Assembly: GCA_004556155.1 (NCBI GenBank)
Contig: SFIM01000001.1
Location: 7,058 to 39,057 of the forward strand
Length of the DNA stretch: 32,000 bases
Direction: 5' to 3'
Source of the DNA: Clostridiales bacterium
GTDB lineage: Bacteria > Bacillota > Clostridia > Christensenellales > Aristaeellaceae
In this document: in pieces, positions 1 through 8,895 of the stretch
Layout: each line of letters starts with the position of its first letter
How positions within the stretch are numbered: the stretch's first letter is position 1
The notes under the pieces: model-generated
Databases searched by the model: none
Told to the model about the DNA's origin: nothing
Seen by the model: the letters and a program-made list of their open reading frames with translations, nothing else
Made by a program: the position numbers and the translations under genes

Positions 1-311
1 AGGCGATGTCGTTCCTGTGCCTGATGCTGGGCATCGCCACCATGGCGGATGGGCTGTTCAAGCTGCAATCGGCGCTGGACGCGCGCCGGTTCGGCCTGAA
101 AAGCTGGCTGCTGATCCTGACGCTGGCCGTGGGGGCGGGCGTAGTGGGCGCGCTGCTGATGCTGCGGCCCATGCAAAGCGCGCGTGCGCTGACGGTGCTG
201 CTGGGCATCGGCATGATGCTGGAGGGCGTGCTGAACCTGTGCGTGGCGCTGTTTAGCATCAAGATCATCCGACATCAGCGCGTTGACGGCGCTGAGTGCC
301 GGGTGGAATAA
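1..311 (+). CDS. C-terminal part of a DUF308/HdeD-like multi-pass membrane protein (5' end outside the window)
   Basis: The frame is open from the window edge to TAA at 309-311. The translation is hydrophobic helices rich in G/L/A (LLILTLAVGAGVVGALLML, LLGIGMMLEGVLNLCVALF), typical of HdeD/DUF308. The family assignment is from memory. Confidence 0.5.
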   Translation, partial: AMSFLCLMLGIATMADGLFKLQSALDARRFGLKSWLLILTLAVGAGVVGALLMLRPMQSARALTVLLGIGMMLEGVLNLCVALFSIKIIRHQRVDGAECRVE

Positions 312-332
312 ATGGAAAGGTAGGAGTAAAAC

Positions 333-2402
333 ATGCGCTTATCCAAGGCGGTTGTAAAAAACCGCGTGCTTATTCTGATTGTCGCGTTGCTGCTTCTCAT
401 TCCCTCCGTGCTGGGAATGGCCAATACCCGCATCAACTACGATATGCTGGACTATCTGCCCGAGGACATGGACACGGTCGTCGGCCAGAACGAGCTGCTG
501 GATGAATTCGGCAAGGGCGCTTTCTCCCTGATCGTGGTGGAGGATATGCCCGCGAAGGATGTGGCGGCGCTGAGAAAAAGGATTGAGGCGGTCGAGCATG
601 TGGACTCGGCGGTCTGGTATGACAGCCTGACCGACCTGAGCGTGCCCATGGAGATCCTGCCTGAAAAGATATATAACGAGTTTAACAACGGAAACGCAAC
701 GATGCTGGCGGTGTTTTTTGACAGCTCCACCTCGGCGGACGTGACCATGGACGCCATCCGCGAGATCCGCGCGATTGCCGGCAGGCAGTGCTTCGTTACG
801 GGCATGTCCGCGCTGGTGACGGATCTGAAGGATCTGTGCGAGCGGGAGGAGCCGATCTATGTGGCGCTGGCTGTGGCCTGCGCGTGCCTGGCCATGATGC
901 TGCTGCTGGACAGCTGGCTGGCGCCGCTGATCTTCCTGGCCAGTATCGGCATCTGCATTGTGATCAACCTGGGCAGCAACTACTTCCTGGGCGAGATTTC
1001 CTACATCACCAAGGCGCTGTCCGCCGTGCTGCAGCTGGCCGTGACGATGGACTATTCCATCTTCCTGTGGAATAGCTACAATGAGCAGCGCACGCACATT
1101 GAGGATAAAAACGAGGCCATGGCCAAGGCCATCCACGAAACCTTTGTGTCGGTGCTGGGCTCCTCCATCACCACCATCGCGGGCTTTATCGCCCTGTGCT
1201 TCATGAGCTTCACCATGGGCCGCGACCTGGGCATTGTGATGGCCAAGGGCGTGCTGCTGGGCGTAATCGGCTGCGTAACCGTGCTGCCCTCGCTGATCCT
1301 GCTGTTTGACCGCCCGCTGCAAAGGACGCGCCATAAGGCGCTGATCCGCAACGCCAACGGCTTTGCCCGCAAGATCACCAAGGCTTTCCCTGTGTTCCTG
1401 GCTGTGTTTGTGGCGCTGGCTATCCCCGCCTATATGGGCTATGCCAAAACCAACGAAGAAGTGTACTACGACATGGGTCAGTGCCTGCCGCAGGACATTG
1501 ATTATGTGATTGCCCACAACAAGCTGACGGATGATTTTGATATCGCCTCCACCCATATGCTGCTGGTAGACGCCAACCTGCCCTCCCACGATGTGCGCAA
1601 TATGAAGCGCGAGATGGAGGATGTGGACGGTGTAAAGTATGTGCTGTCGCTGGAAAGCGTGGTCGGCAGCCGCGTGCCCGAGGAGGTACTGCCCGATTCC
1701 GTGCGCTCCATCCTCAAGAGCGACCGCTGGGAGCTGATGCTGATCAACTCCGAATACAAGGTTGCCAGCGATGCGGTGAACGATCAGATTGACAGCCTGA
1801 ACGCGATCCTGAAAAAGTACGATCCCTCCGGCATGCTGATTGGCGAAGCGCCTTGCACCAAGGATATGATCGAGACGACCGGCCACGACTTCCAGGTGGT
1901 CAACCTGTTCTCCATCATCGCCATCTTTGTCATCATCCTGCTGGTGGAAAAGAGCCTGTCCCTGCCGGTGATCCTCATTGCCGTGATCGAGCTGGCTATC
2001 TTCATCAACCTGGGTCTGCCGCACTATCTGGGACAGTCGCTGCCCTTTATCGCGCCGATCTGCATTTCTACCATTCAACTGGGCGCGACGGTGGACTACG
2101 CCATCCTGATGACCACCCGCTACAAGGCGGAGCGCGTCAGCGGCAAGAGCAAGTATGAGGCTGTCAGCACGGCGCTTGCTACCTCCGTGCCCTCCATCAT
2201 CGTCAGCGGCATGGGACTGTTTGCCGCCACCTTCGGCGTGGCTGTGTATTCCAACATCGATATCGTCAGCTCCATGTGCATGCTGATGGCCCGCGGCGCG
2301 CTGATCAGCGTGGTATGCGTCATCCTGATGCTGCCCGCGTTCCTGATGCTGCTGGACGGCGTGGTGCGCCATACGACGCTGAATATGAAAGTAAAGGAGT
2401 AA
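333..2402 (+). CDS. MMPL/RND-superfamily membrane transporter
   Basis: 689 aa. TAGGAG RBS lies 6 nt before the ATG at 333. The protein has two repeats of TM1, a large ectodomain and a 5-TM bundle. MMPL-like motifs are LQLAVTMDYSIFL and IQLGATVDYAILM. Confidence 0.85.
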   Translation: MRLSKAVVKNRVLILIVALLLLIPSVLGMANTRINYDMLDYLPEDMDTVVGQNELLDEFGKGAFSLIVVEDMPAKDVAALRKRIEAVEHVDSAVWYDSLTDLSVPMEILPEKIYNEFNNGNATMLAVFFDSSTSADVTMDAIREIRAIAGRQCFVTGMSALVTDLKDLCEREEPIYVALAVACACLAMMLLLDSWLAPLIFLASIGICIVINLGSNYFLGEISYITKALSAVLQLAVTMDYSIFLWNSYNEQRTHIEDKNEAMAKAIHETFVSVLGSSITTIAGFIALCFMSFTMGRDLGIVMAKGVLLGVIGCVTVLPSLILLFDRPLQRTRHKALIRNANGFARKITKAFPVFLAVFVALAIPAYMGYAKTNEEVYYDMGQCLPQDIDYVIAHNKLTDDFDIASTHMLLVDANLPSHDVRNMKREMEDVDGVKYVLSLESVVGSRVPEEVLPDSVRSILKSDRWELMLINSEYKVASDAVNDQIDSLNAILKKYDPSGMLIGEAPCTKDMIETTGHDFQVVNLFSIIAIFVIILLVEKSLSLPVILIAVIELAIFINLGLPHYLGQSLPFIAPICISTIQLGATVDYAILMTTRYKAERVSGKSKYEAVSTALATSVPSIIVSGMGLFAATFGVAVYSNIDIVSSMCMLMARGALISVVCVILMLPAFLMLLDGVVRHTTLNMKVKE

Positions 2403-2407
2403 TAAAA

Positions 2408-4327
2408 ATGAAAAAGCTCATGGCGATTCTGCTTTCGCTGACCCTGGCCTGCGCGGCTGTGCTGCCTGCCCTGGCCGAGGGAAAAAAGGACGAAACCGTG
2501 TATGTGCTGGCCAATCCGGACGGCTCTGCCCGCCGCGTGATCGTAAGCGATTATCTGAGCAACCCGGACGGCGCGGATACCATCGCCGATGTATCCAATC
2601 TGGAAAAGATCCAAAACGTCAAGGGCGATGAAGCCTTTGCGGATGGCGTTTGGCAGGCCAAGGGCAATGAAATCTACTATCAGGGCGACAGCAGTGAAGC
2701 GCTGCCTGTTGAGCTGAAGATTTCGGCCACCCTGGACGGAACGGAGATTGCCCCCGCCGACCTGGCAGGCAGGAGCGGCCATGTCACCCTGCGCTTTGAC
2801 TATGCGGTGAGTGCCAGCTATACCAAGGATGCTGAGACCGTCGCTATGCCCTTTGCCGTGATTACCGGCGCGCTGCTGGACAATGAAGTGTTCGCCAATG
2901 TGTCCGTTAAGAACGGCCAGGCCGTCAACGATGGCGACCGCACTGTGGCCGTGGGTTTGTGCGTGCCTGGCCTGACCACGGGCTTGAAGCTGGAAAGCGA
3001 TAAAGTGGAACTGCCTGAGTATCTGGAAATCAGCGCGGATGTGAAAAACTTCTCCCTGCCTGTTACCGTAACGCTGGCTACCAACGAGGCCTTTGCCGCT
3101 CTGGATGCTGGTAAGCTGCAGGACGCCGACGCGCTTAAGGAAGCCGCCGATAAGCTGACCGATGCGATGACTCAGCTGCTTGACGGCAGCAACCAGCTCT
3201 ATAATGGCCTGAATGATCTGAAGGACGGTACTACGAATCTGAACAATGGTATTAATCAACTGGCGGATGGTACGGATTCTCTGGCGGCCGGCGCGGATAC
3301 CCTCTCCACCGGCCTGACAACCCTGACCGCCAACAACGAAACGCTGGTAGGCGGCGCGCGCCAGGTGTTTGAAACCCTGCTGGCGCAGGCCAACGCGGCG
3401 CTGATACAGGCGGGTGTGGACGCAACCCTGACCGTTGAAAACTATGCCGATGTTCTGGGCAAGCTGGTGGAGGCCGTATCTGAGGAGGGCGTGACTGCCC
3501 AGGCTCGCGCGCAGGTGGAAGCTGCGGTGCGCGCTCAGGCGGATGCTGTGCGCAGCGAAGTGACCAAGGCTGTGCGTCCCCAGGTAGAGGCGCAGGTAAC
3601 GGAAGCTGTGAAGGAAAACGTGATGGCGCAGATCCTGGCTACCCAGAACCTGACCATGGAAAAGTATGAAGCCGCACAGAAGGCTGGTCTTGTAACCGAT
3701 GCGCAGCGTCAGCAGCTTGAGGGCGCGCTGAATCAGCAGATGCGGACTGCCCAGGTGCAGCAGGTTATCGCCCAACAGACCGAGGCGCAGATGACCTCCG
3801 ATACCGTGGCTGACTTGATTGAGCAGAACACCGAGGAGCAGATCGGCCTGCTGGTGGATCAGAACATGCAGTCCGAAACCGTGCAGGCGCAGATTGCTGC
3901 CGTCTGCGAGCAGGGTGCACCGCTCGTCACCCTTAAGGCCCAGCTGGATAGCTATAATACCTTCTATACTGGCCTGATTGCCTACACCAACGGCGCGTCC
4001 GACGCGGCCTCAGGTGCGGCGCAGCTCAAGGCTGGCGCGGATACCCTGCAATCCGGCGCGGCGCAGCTCAAGGATGCGATGCCTGCTTTGACTGACGGCG
4101 TGAACAAGCTGGTGGACGGCGCGAAGGCGCTGGCCGACGGCCTTATCACCTTCGATGCGGATGGCGTATCCAAGCTGACCAGCGCGATCAACGAGGATCT
4201 GGATCCCCTGCTGGCCCGCGCGCAGCTGCTGATTGAGGCGGCGCAGTCCTACAATAACTACTCCGGACTGGCCGAGGGCATGGACGGCGCGGTACGCTTC
4301 ATCTATCGCACGGATGCGATTGAATAA
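2408..4327 (+). CDS. Secreted YhgE/Pip-domain-like coiled-coil protein (signal peptide, no membrane anchor)
   Basis: AAGGAG RBS lies 8 nt before the ATG at 2408, so the ORF-track start at 2276 is an extension overlapping the MMPL gene. Signal peptide MKKLMAILLSLTLACAAVLPALA. Pip/YhgE-type repeats include LLDGSNQLYNGLNDLKDGTTNLNNGINQLADGTDSLAAGADTLSTGL and SGAAQLKAGADTLQSGAAQLKDA. There is no C-terminal TM segment. Confidence 0.7.
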   Translation: MKKLMAILLSLTLACAAVLPALAEGKKDETVYVLANPDGSARRVIVSDYLSNPDGADTIADVSNLEKIQNVKGDEAFADGVWQAKGNEIYYQGDSSEALPVELKISATLDGTEIAPADLAGRSGHVTLRFDYAVSASYTKDAETVAMPFAVITGALLDNEVFANVSVKNGQAVNDGDRTVAVGLCVPGLTTGLKLESDKVELPEYLEISADVKNFSLPVTVTLATNEAFAALDAGKLQDADALKEAADKLTDAMTQLLDGSNQLYNGLNDLKDGTTNLNNGINQLADGTDSLAAGADTLSTGLTTLTANNETLVGGARQVFETLLAQANAALIQAGVDATLTVENYADVLGKLVEAVSEEGVTAQARAQVEAAVRAQADAVRSEVTKAVRPQVEAQVTEAVKENVMAQILATQNLTMEKYEAAQKAGLVTDAQRQQLEGALNQQMRTAQVQQVIAQQTEAQMTSDTVADLIEQNTEEQIGLLVDQNMQSETVQAQIAAVCEQGAPLVTLKAQLDSYNTFYTGLIAYTNGASDAASGAAQLKAGADTLQSGAAQLKDAMPALTDGVNKLVDGAKALADGLITFDADGVSKLTSAINEDLDPLLARAQLLIEAAQSYNNYSGLAEGMDGAVRFIYRTDAIE

Positions 4328-4343
4328 ACGATTTCCTTCCCAT

Positions 4344-4399
4344 AAATGAACACATCCACCGGCATAGCCGGTGGATGTGTTCATTTACCGCCCTTTTTT
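4344..4399 (+). terminator. Rho-independent terminator after the MMPL/Pip-like pair
   Basis: Perfect 19-bp stem AAATGAACACATCCACCGG / CCGGTGGATGTGTTCATTT (4344-4386) with a 5-nt loop. A T6 run follows at 4394-4399. Confidence 0.75.
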
Positions 4400-4428
4400 G
4401 CCGGGTTTATATTATGTTCACATTTCTG

Positions 4429-4437
4429 TGGTAAAAT
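4429..4437 (+). promoter_or_regulatory. Candidate extended -10 promoter (TGgTAAAAT) for the ABC transporter gene
   Basis: TGG plus TAAAAT sits at 4429-4437, about 35 nt before the ATG at 4472. The -35 region is poor (ATATTA). Confidence 0.4.
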
Positions 4438-4471
4438 ATGGCCGAAAACATGGCAAGGGGGATGAACGCGC

Positions 4472-7120
4472 ATGCTGACGCTTTCAAACATCCATAAGGA
4501 ATATGCATCGGGGGAGCTGCGAGTAGAGGCGCTCAAGGGCGTCAGTCTGTCCTTCCGGAAAAACGAGTTTGTGGCGGTGCTGGGGCCTTCCGGCTGCGGT
4601 AAAACGACGCTGCTCAATATCATCGGCGGTCTGGATCGCTATACGCAGGGCGATCTGATCATCAAGGGCCGCTCTACCCGCGAGTATAAGGATGCGGATT
4701 GGGACAGCTACCGCAACCATTCGGTGGGTTTTGTGTTTCAGTCCTATAATCTGATTCCGCATCAGACGGTGCTGAGCAATGTTGAGCTGGCGCTGACGCT
4801 GGGCGGAGTGCCTGCCAAGGAGCGCCGTCGCCGCGCTGTGCAGGCGCTGGAACGCGTGGGTTTGGGCGATCAATTAAACAAAAAGCCCAATGAAATGAGC
4901 GGCGGCCAAATGCAGCGCGTGGCCATTGCCCGCGCACTGGTGAACGATCCTGAAATCCTGCTGGCCGACGAGCCCACCGGCGCGCTGGACAGCGAAACCA
5001 GCGTGCAGATTATGGACGTGCTCAAGGAAATTGCCACCGACCGGCTGGTTATCATGGTGACGCATAATCCCGAGCTTGCCGCGCAGTACGCCACCCGCAC
5101 CATCCGTTTGCTGGATGGCCGCGTGACGGACGACACCATGCCCTTTGACGGGCAGGACGATATGGCGCAGCCGCCTGCCCGCACGGGGGCAACCTCCATG
5201 CACTTTGGCACGGCGCTGCATCTGTCCCTGAACAACCTGATGACCAAGAAGGGCCGCACCTTTATGGTGGCGCTGGCGGGCAGCATCGGCATTATCGGCA
5301 TCGCGCTGATTCTGTCGCTTTCCAATGGCGTAAACGAGTATATCAAGAGCGTGGAGGAGGATACGCTGGCGCAGTACCCGCTGACCATTGAATCCGAAAC
5401 CATGAACCAGTCGGCCCTGCTGACCGCCATGATGAGCGCCTCCTCCGGCAAGGATATCCCGCACGAGGAGGGCCGCGTGTATTCCAGCAACGTCATGGGC
5501 GATCTGATGAGCGCGATGGTATCGGAGGTAAACGCAAACGATCTGCCTTCCTTCAAGGCGTATCTGGACGGCTCACAGGAAATCGCCGACCTGACCAGCA
5601 GCATCGCCTATGAGTATGGCTCTACCCTGCGCATATATAATCGTAACGCCGTGGGTGGCGTGCAGCAGGTGCAGCCCAGCACGGTGATCGACACCATGAC
5701 TAACAGCTCCATGATGAGCAACGCGAATGCGCTGGCGTCCATGTCTTCCATGTCGTCGCTATCGCAGATGACGAGCATGTACAACATGAACGTGTTCTTT
5801 GAGCTGGCGGGGCCAAGCGTCCACCGCTCGGGCAGCTATGAGCTGCTTGCCGGCCATATGCCACAGAAATACGACGAGCTTTTGCTGGTTGTGGGAGAGG
5901 ACGACGATATCAGCGATACCACGCTGTATACCCTGGGATTGCGTGATCAAAGCGAAGTGCAGCAGCTGTTTATGACGCTGCTGACTGGCAGCACCGTGCA
6001 AACCGAAACAATCAGCTATTCTTACGACGATTTGCTCAACCTTACCTTCACCCTGGTGCTGCCCGGCAATCTGTATCAGGAGCAGGGGGATGGCATTTAC
6101 GCCGATATCAGCGGCGATGAGGCGGCGATGAGCCAGGCGCTGGATCATGGCGTAACGCTGCATATTGCGGGCATTGCGCGCAGCAGCAATTCCATGATCA
6201 GCAGCATGATGGCCGGCGGCGTGGGCTACACCCACGAGCTGGTGGAATATGTGGTATCGGCCAATAACGAAACGCCCGCCGTCAAGGCGCAGCGCGCGCA
6301 TCCCGACACCGATATCTTTACCGGCATCAATTTCAGCGGCGGCGTGGATATGGAGCCCAGCATGGAGATGCTGGACACCTATCTGAATTCTCTGCCGCAG
6401 GAGCAGCAGACCGCCGTGCGCGCCATGATCGGCATGATGAGCGAGGAACGGATTCTGTCCATGATGCGCGCCGAAATGGCCAAACAAAAGACCGACGCCA
6501 CCTACGAGAGCAACCTGGCCAAGCTGAACGCAACCAACCTGGATACGCCCACGCAGATCAAGATTTATCCCATCGATTTTGAAAGCAAGCAGCGCATTGT
6601 GGATTTGATTGAGCAATACAACGCGCAGATGCAGGCCGCGGGGCATGAGGAAGGCGTGATCCGCTATACCGATTATGTGGGTTCGCTTATGTCCTCCGTC
6701 ACCACGATTGTGGATACCATTTCCTATGTACTGATCGCGTTTGTGTCCATTTCGCTGGTGGTGTCCTCCATCATGATCGGAATCATCACCTACATCAGCG
6801 TGCTGGAGCGTACCAAGGAGATTGGCATCCTGCGTGCCATGGGCGCGTCCAAGGGCGATGTATCGCGCGTGTTCACCGCTGAAACGCTGATTATCGGCCT
6901 GGTGGCGGGCTTTCTGGGCGTGCTGGTTACATGGCTGCTCACCTTCCCCATCAACGCGCTGATTCACCATCTGACGCAGATTAACGCTGCGGCCATCCTG
7001 CCCGGCGGCGCTGCGGCGATTCTGGTGGCCATCAGTATGCTGCTGACCATCCTGGCCGGCGCGATTCCCTCCCGCATGGCTGCCAAGAAGGATCCCGTGG
7101 TGGCGCTGCGCACTGAATAA
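4472..7120 (+). CDS. Fused MacB-type ABC transporter (N-terminal ATPase plus FtsX-family permease with a very large ectodomain)
   Basis: 882 aa. Walker A is GPSGCGKTT, the signature is MSGGQMQRVAIARAL and Walker B is ILLADEPTGALD. TM1 lies near aa 262-284, an ectodomain of about 450 aa follows, and a C-terminal 3-TM FtsX module (ERTKEIGILRAMGASKGDV) ends the protein. Confidence 0.9.
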   Translation: MLTLSNIHKEYASGELRVEALKGVSLSFRKNEFVAVLGPSGCGKTTLLNIIGGLDRYTQGDLIIKGRSTREYKDADWDSYRNHSVGFVFQSYNLIPHQTVLSNVELALTLGGVPAKERRRRAVQALERVGLGDQLNKKPNEMSGGQMQRVAIARALVNDPEILLADEPTGALDSETSVQIMDVLKEIATDRLVIMVTHNPELAAQYATRTIRLLDGRVTDDTMPFDGQDDMAQPPARTGATSMHFGTALHLSLNNLMTKKGRTFMVALAGSIGIIGIALILSLSNGVNEYIKSVEEDTLAQYPLTIESETMNQSALLTAMMSASSGKDIPHEEGRVYSSNVMGDLMSAMVSEVNANDLPSFKAYLDGSQEIADLTSSIAYEYGSTLRIYNRNAVGGVQQVQPSTVIDTMTNSSMMSNANALASMSSMSSLSQMTSMYNMNVFFELAGPSVHRSGSYELLAGHMPQKYDELLLVVGEDDDISDTTLYTLGLRDQSEVQQLFMTLLTGSTVQTETISYSYDDLLNLTFTLVLPGNLYQEQGDGIYADISGDEAAMSQALDHGVTLHIAGIARSSNSMISSMMAGGVGYTHELVEYVVSANNETPAVKAQRAHPDTDIFTGINFSGGVDMEPSMEMLDTYLNSLPQEQQTAVRAMIGMMSEERILSMMRAEMAKQKTDATYESNLAKLNATNLDTPTQIKIYPIDFESKQRIVDLIEQYNAQMQAAGHEEGVIRYTDYVGSLMSSVTTIVDTISYVLIAFVSISLVVSSIMIGIITYISVLERTKEIGILRAMGASKGDVSRVFTAETLIIGLVAGFLGVLVTWLLTFPINALIHHLTQINAAAILPGGAAAILVAISMLLTILAGAIPSRMAAKKDPVVALRTE

Positions 7121-7138
7121 TGCCTGCGGAGGACGGCT

Positions 7139-7873
7139 ATGCCAAATAGTGAGTACGATAACGCGCATTTCTTTGAAGAATACGCCAAGATGTTCCGCAG
7201 CCAGCAGGGCTTGCCTGGTGCGGGCGAGTGGCGGCAGTTTCAGCAGCTTTTTCCCGATTTACAGGGGAAAAGCGTGCTGGATCTGGGCTGCGGCTACGGC
7301 TGGCATTGTAAATATGCTGCGCAGCAGGGCGCTTCGCGGGTGCTTGGCATTGACCTGAGCCAGCGGATGCTGGCGGAGGCACGGCGGCGCAATGCTGATC
7401 CCAAGGTGGAATATCGCCTTTGCGGCATGGAGGAGTATGAATATCCTGCGGACACCTGGGACTGCGTAATCTCCAATCTGTCGCTGCACTATGTGGCGGA
7501 TATTGACCGTGTATTTGCCAATGTGGCAAAAACCCTGAAGCCGGGCGGGATATTTCTGCTGAATATTGAGCATCCGTGCTTTACTGCCGGGGTACATCAG
7601 GATTGGGTATACGGGTCGGACGGCAAGCCGCTTTACTGGCCGATTGATGATTATTTCCTGCCGGGCGAGCGCAGCACGGTGTTCCTGGGCTGCGAGGTGC
7701 CCAAGCAGCACCATACCCTGACGCAGATTCTGATGGGATTGATCCATCATGGCTTTGAATTGCAGGCAGTAGAGGAGGCACAGCCCTCGCCGGACATGCT
7801 GGATATTCCCGGCATGAAGGATGAGCTGCGCCGCCCCATGATGCTACTAGTGCGGGCAAAGCGCAGAGAATAG
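7139..7873 (+). CDS. Class I SAM-dependent methyltransferase
   Basis: 244 aa. GGAGG RBS lies 6 nt upstream of the start. Motif I is VLDLGCGYGW, and a downstream DCVISNLSLHYV motif is present. Confidence 0.85.
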   Translation: MPNSEYDNAHFFEEYAKMFRSQQGLPGAGEWRQFQQLFPDLQGKSVLDLGCGYGWHCKYAAQQGASRVLGIDLSQRMLAEARRRNADPKVEYRLCGMEEYEYPADTWDCVISNLSLHYVADIDRVFANVAKTLKPGGIFLLNIEHPCFTAGVHQDWVYGSDGKPLYWPIDDYFLPGERSTVFLGCEVPKQHHTLTQILMGLIHHGFELQAVEEAQPSPDMLDIPGMKDELRRPMMLLVRAKRRE

Positions 7874-7895
7874 CAATTAAAAAGGGGGATTGCCC

Positions 7896-8663
7896 ATGTG
7901 GCGATTGCCGGACGATGACAGCCAGCCTGTGATTACCGCGGCGGAGCAGATTCACAGCGCACACCGTATGTGCCATTTGAAGCTGCCCAAAACGGCGATC
8001 CTGTTCTTTATGAGCAAGGGGCCGGAATATCTGACTGAACGCTATGCAGTGGCTGAACTGCCTGAACCGTTCCCGTGCTTTTTGCGGCGCAGGCCGGTGT
8101 GGCAGATGAATGATTGGCCAATCTGCTTCCTCTTTGGCGGTTCCGGCGCACCGCAGGCAGCCGACTCAGTGGAAACGCTGGCGGCGCTGGGAGTCAAGAA
8201 CATCATTGCCGTGGGCATGTTCGGCGCTTTTTCGGCGGATGTGCAGCCGGGTGAAATCGTTGTGCCGCACAAGGCGTTTGTGGAAGAGGGCACGTCGCTG
8301 CACTATTACGAGAGCATCGAGGCGGCGCAGCCCGATCCGACGCTGCACCGGTTGCTGATGGATACCCTGCAAAAGCGCGATTTGTCTATTGTATCCACGG
8401 ATGCGGTGTATCGGCAGACCTTCCGCAAGGAGCAGCTTTGGCGTGAGCGTGGCGCGGTCGGCGTGGATATGGAAACGTCGGCTGTTTTCAGCGTGTCGCA
8501 GTGTCTGGGTCTACGGGCTGCCGCGTTGCTGATGGCGTCCGATCTGCATCCCAGCAGCCCGGATGCGCCCAAGTGGCAATGGCTGATGACCGCCGATATG
8601 CGCTATGACCTGACGGAGCAGGCGCTGGCCGCGGCGAAGGCTGTGTGCTATGAAGGGGATTGA
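7896..8663 (+). CDS. Nucleoside phosphorylase family protein (PNP_UDP_1 fold)
   Basis: The ORF-track start at 7890 is a TTG only 1-2 nt after the GGGGG RBS. The ATG at 7896 has 7-nt spacing. Family-like segments are GGSGAPQAA, IIAVGMFGAF and GVDMETSAVFSV. Confidence 0.75.
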   Translation: MWRLPDDDSQPVITAAEQIHSAHRMCHLKLPKTAILFFMSKGPEYLTERYAVAELPEPFPCFLRRRPVWQMNDWPICFLFGGSGAPQAADSVETLAALGVKNIIAVGMFGAFSADVQPGEIVVPHKAFVEEGTSLHYYESIEAAQPDPTLHRLLMDTLQKRDLSIVSTDAVYRQTFRKEQLWRERGAVGVDMETSAVFSVSQCLGLRAAALLMASDLHPSSPDAPKWQWLMTADMRYDLTEQALAAAKAVCYEGD

Positions 8664-8688
8664 CGAGGGGGAGAGACGAGGGGAATAC

Positions 8689-8814
8689 GTTACTTTCTTC
8701 AGGGAAGAGAGTAACAAAGAACCTGTGTGTGACGTAAAAGTCTAGGCAATTAACCTGACTTTTACGTTACAAGGCAGCCTTCTTTGATTCTTTCTTGGGC
8801 TCCAAGAAAGAATC
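8689..8814. repeat. Three consecutive palindromic hairpin elements in the 3'UTR
   Basis: H1 (8689-8715): GTTACTTTCTTC-agg-GAAGAGAGTAAC, 11 of 12 bp. H2 (8729-8770): GTGACGTAAAAGTC / GACTTTTACGTTAC, 14 bp including one G-U, with a 14-nt loop. H3 (8786-8814): GATTCTTTCTTGG-gct-CCAAGAAAGAATC, perfect 13 bp. None is followed by a T-run. Confidence 0.6.
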
Positions 8815-8844
8815 GTATCCCGTCCTCGTTTCCCCTTCAACCAT

Positions 8845-8887
8845 AAAAAATGCCCCTGCAAGGTTTCCCTTGCAGGGGCGCGTTTTT
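8845..8887. terminator. Bidirectional Rho-independent terminator between convergent genes
   Basis: Perfect 12-bp stem GCCCCTGCAAGG-tttc-CCTTGCAGGGGC (8852-8879). It is flanked by A6 (8845-8850) and T5 (8883-8887). Confidence 0.8.
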
Positions 8888-8895
8888 GCCTGCGA

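Noticed and set aside
339-2372. A 677-aa ORF antisense to the MMPL gene
   Set aside because: The composition (H/R/G/A/Q/D-rich, no hydrophobic core, no motifs) is typical of a stop-poor shadow frame opposite a real high-GC gene. The sense strand has a clear MMPL protein with an RBS.
2276-2407. N-terminal extension of the Pip-like ORF (track start at 2276)
   Set aside because: The extension overlaps the MMPL coding region in another frame and is R/A/P-rich. The ATG at 2408 has an AAGGAG RBS and starts a classic signal peptide.
2120-3775. A 551-aa ORF antisense to the MMPL 3' end and the Pip-like gene
   Set aside because: This is the same shadow-frame signature. It crosses a gene boundary and the product is low-complexity and R/G/L/Q-rich.
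3100-4200. Repeated DNA segments, for example GGCGCGGCGCAGCTCAAGG occurring twice near 4010-4075, as a possible repeat array or CRISPR
   Set aside because: The repeats are in-frame and encode the coiled-coil repeats of the Pip-like protein (SGAAQLKAG / SGAAQLKDA). There is no spacer-repeat periodicity.
5759-7168. A 469-aa ORF antisense to the ABC transporter gene
   Set aside because: It is a shadow frame of a confidently identified ABC/FtsX gene. It has no RBS or recognisable domain.
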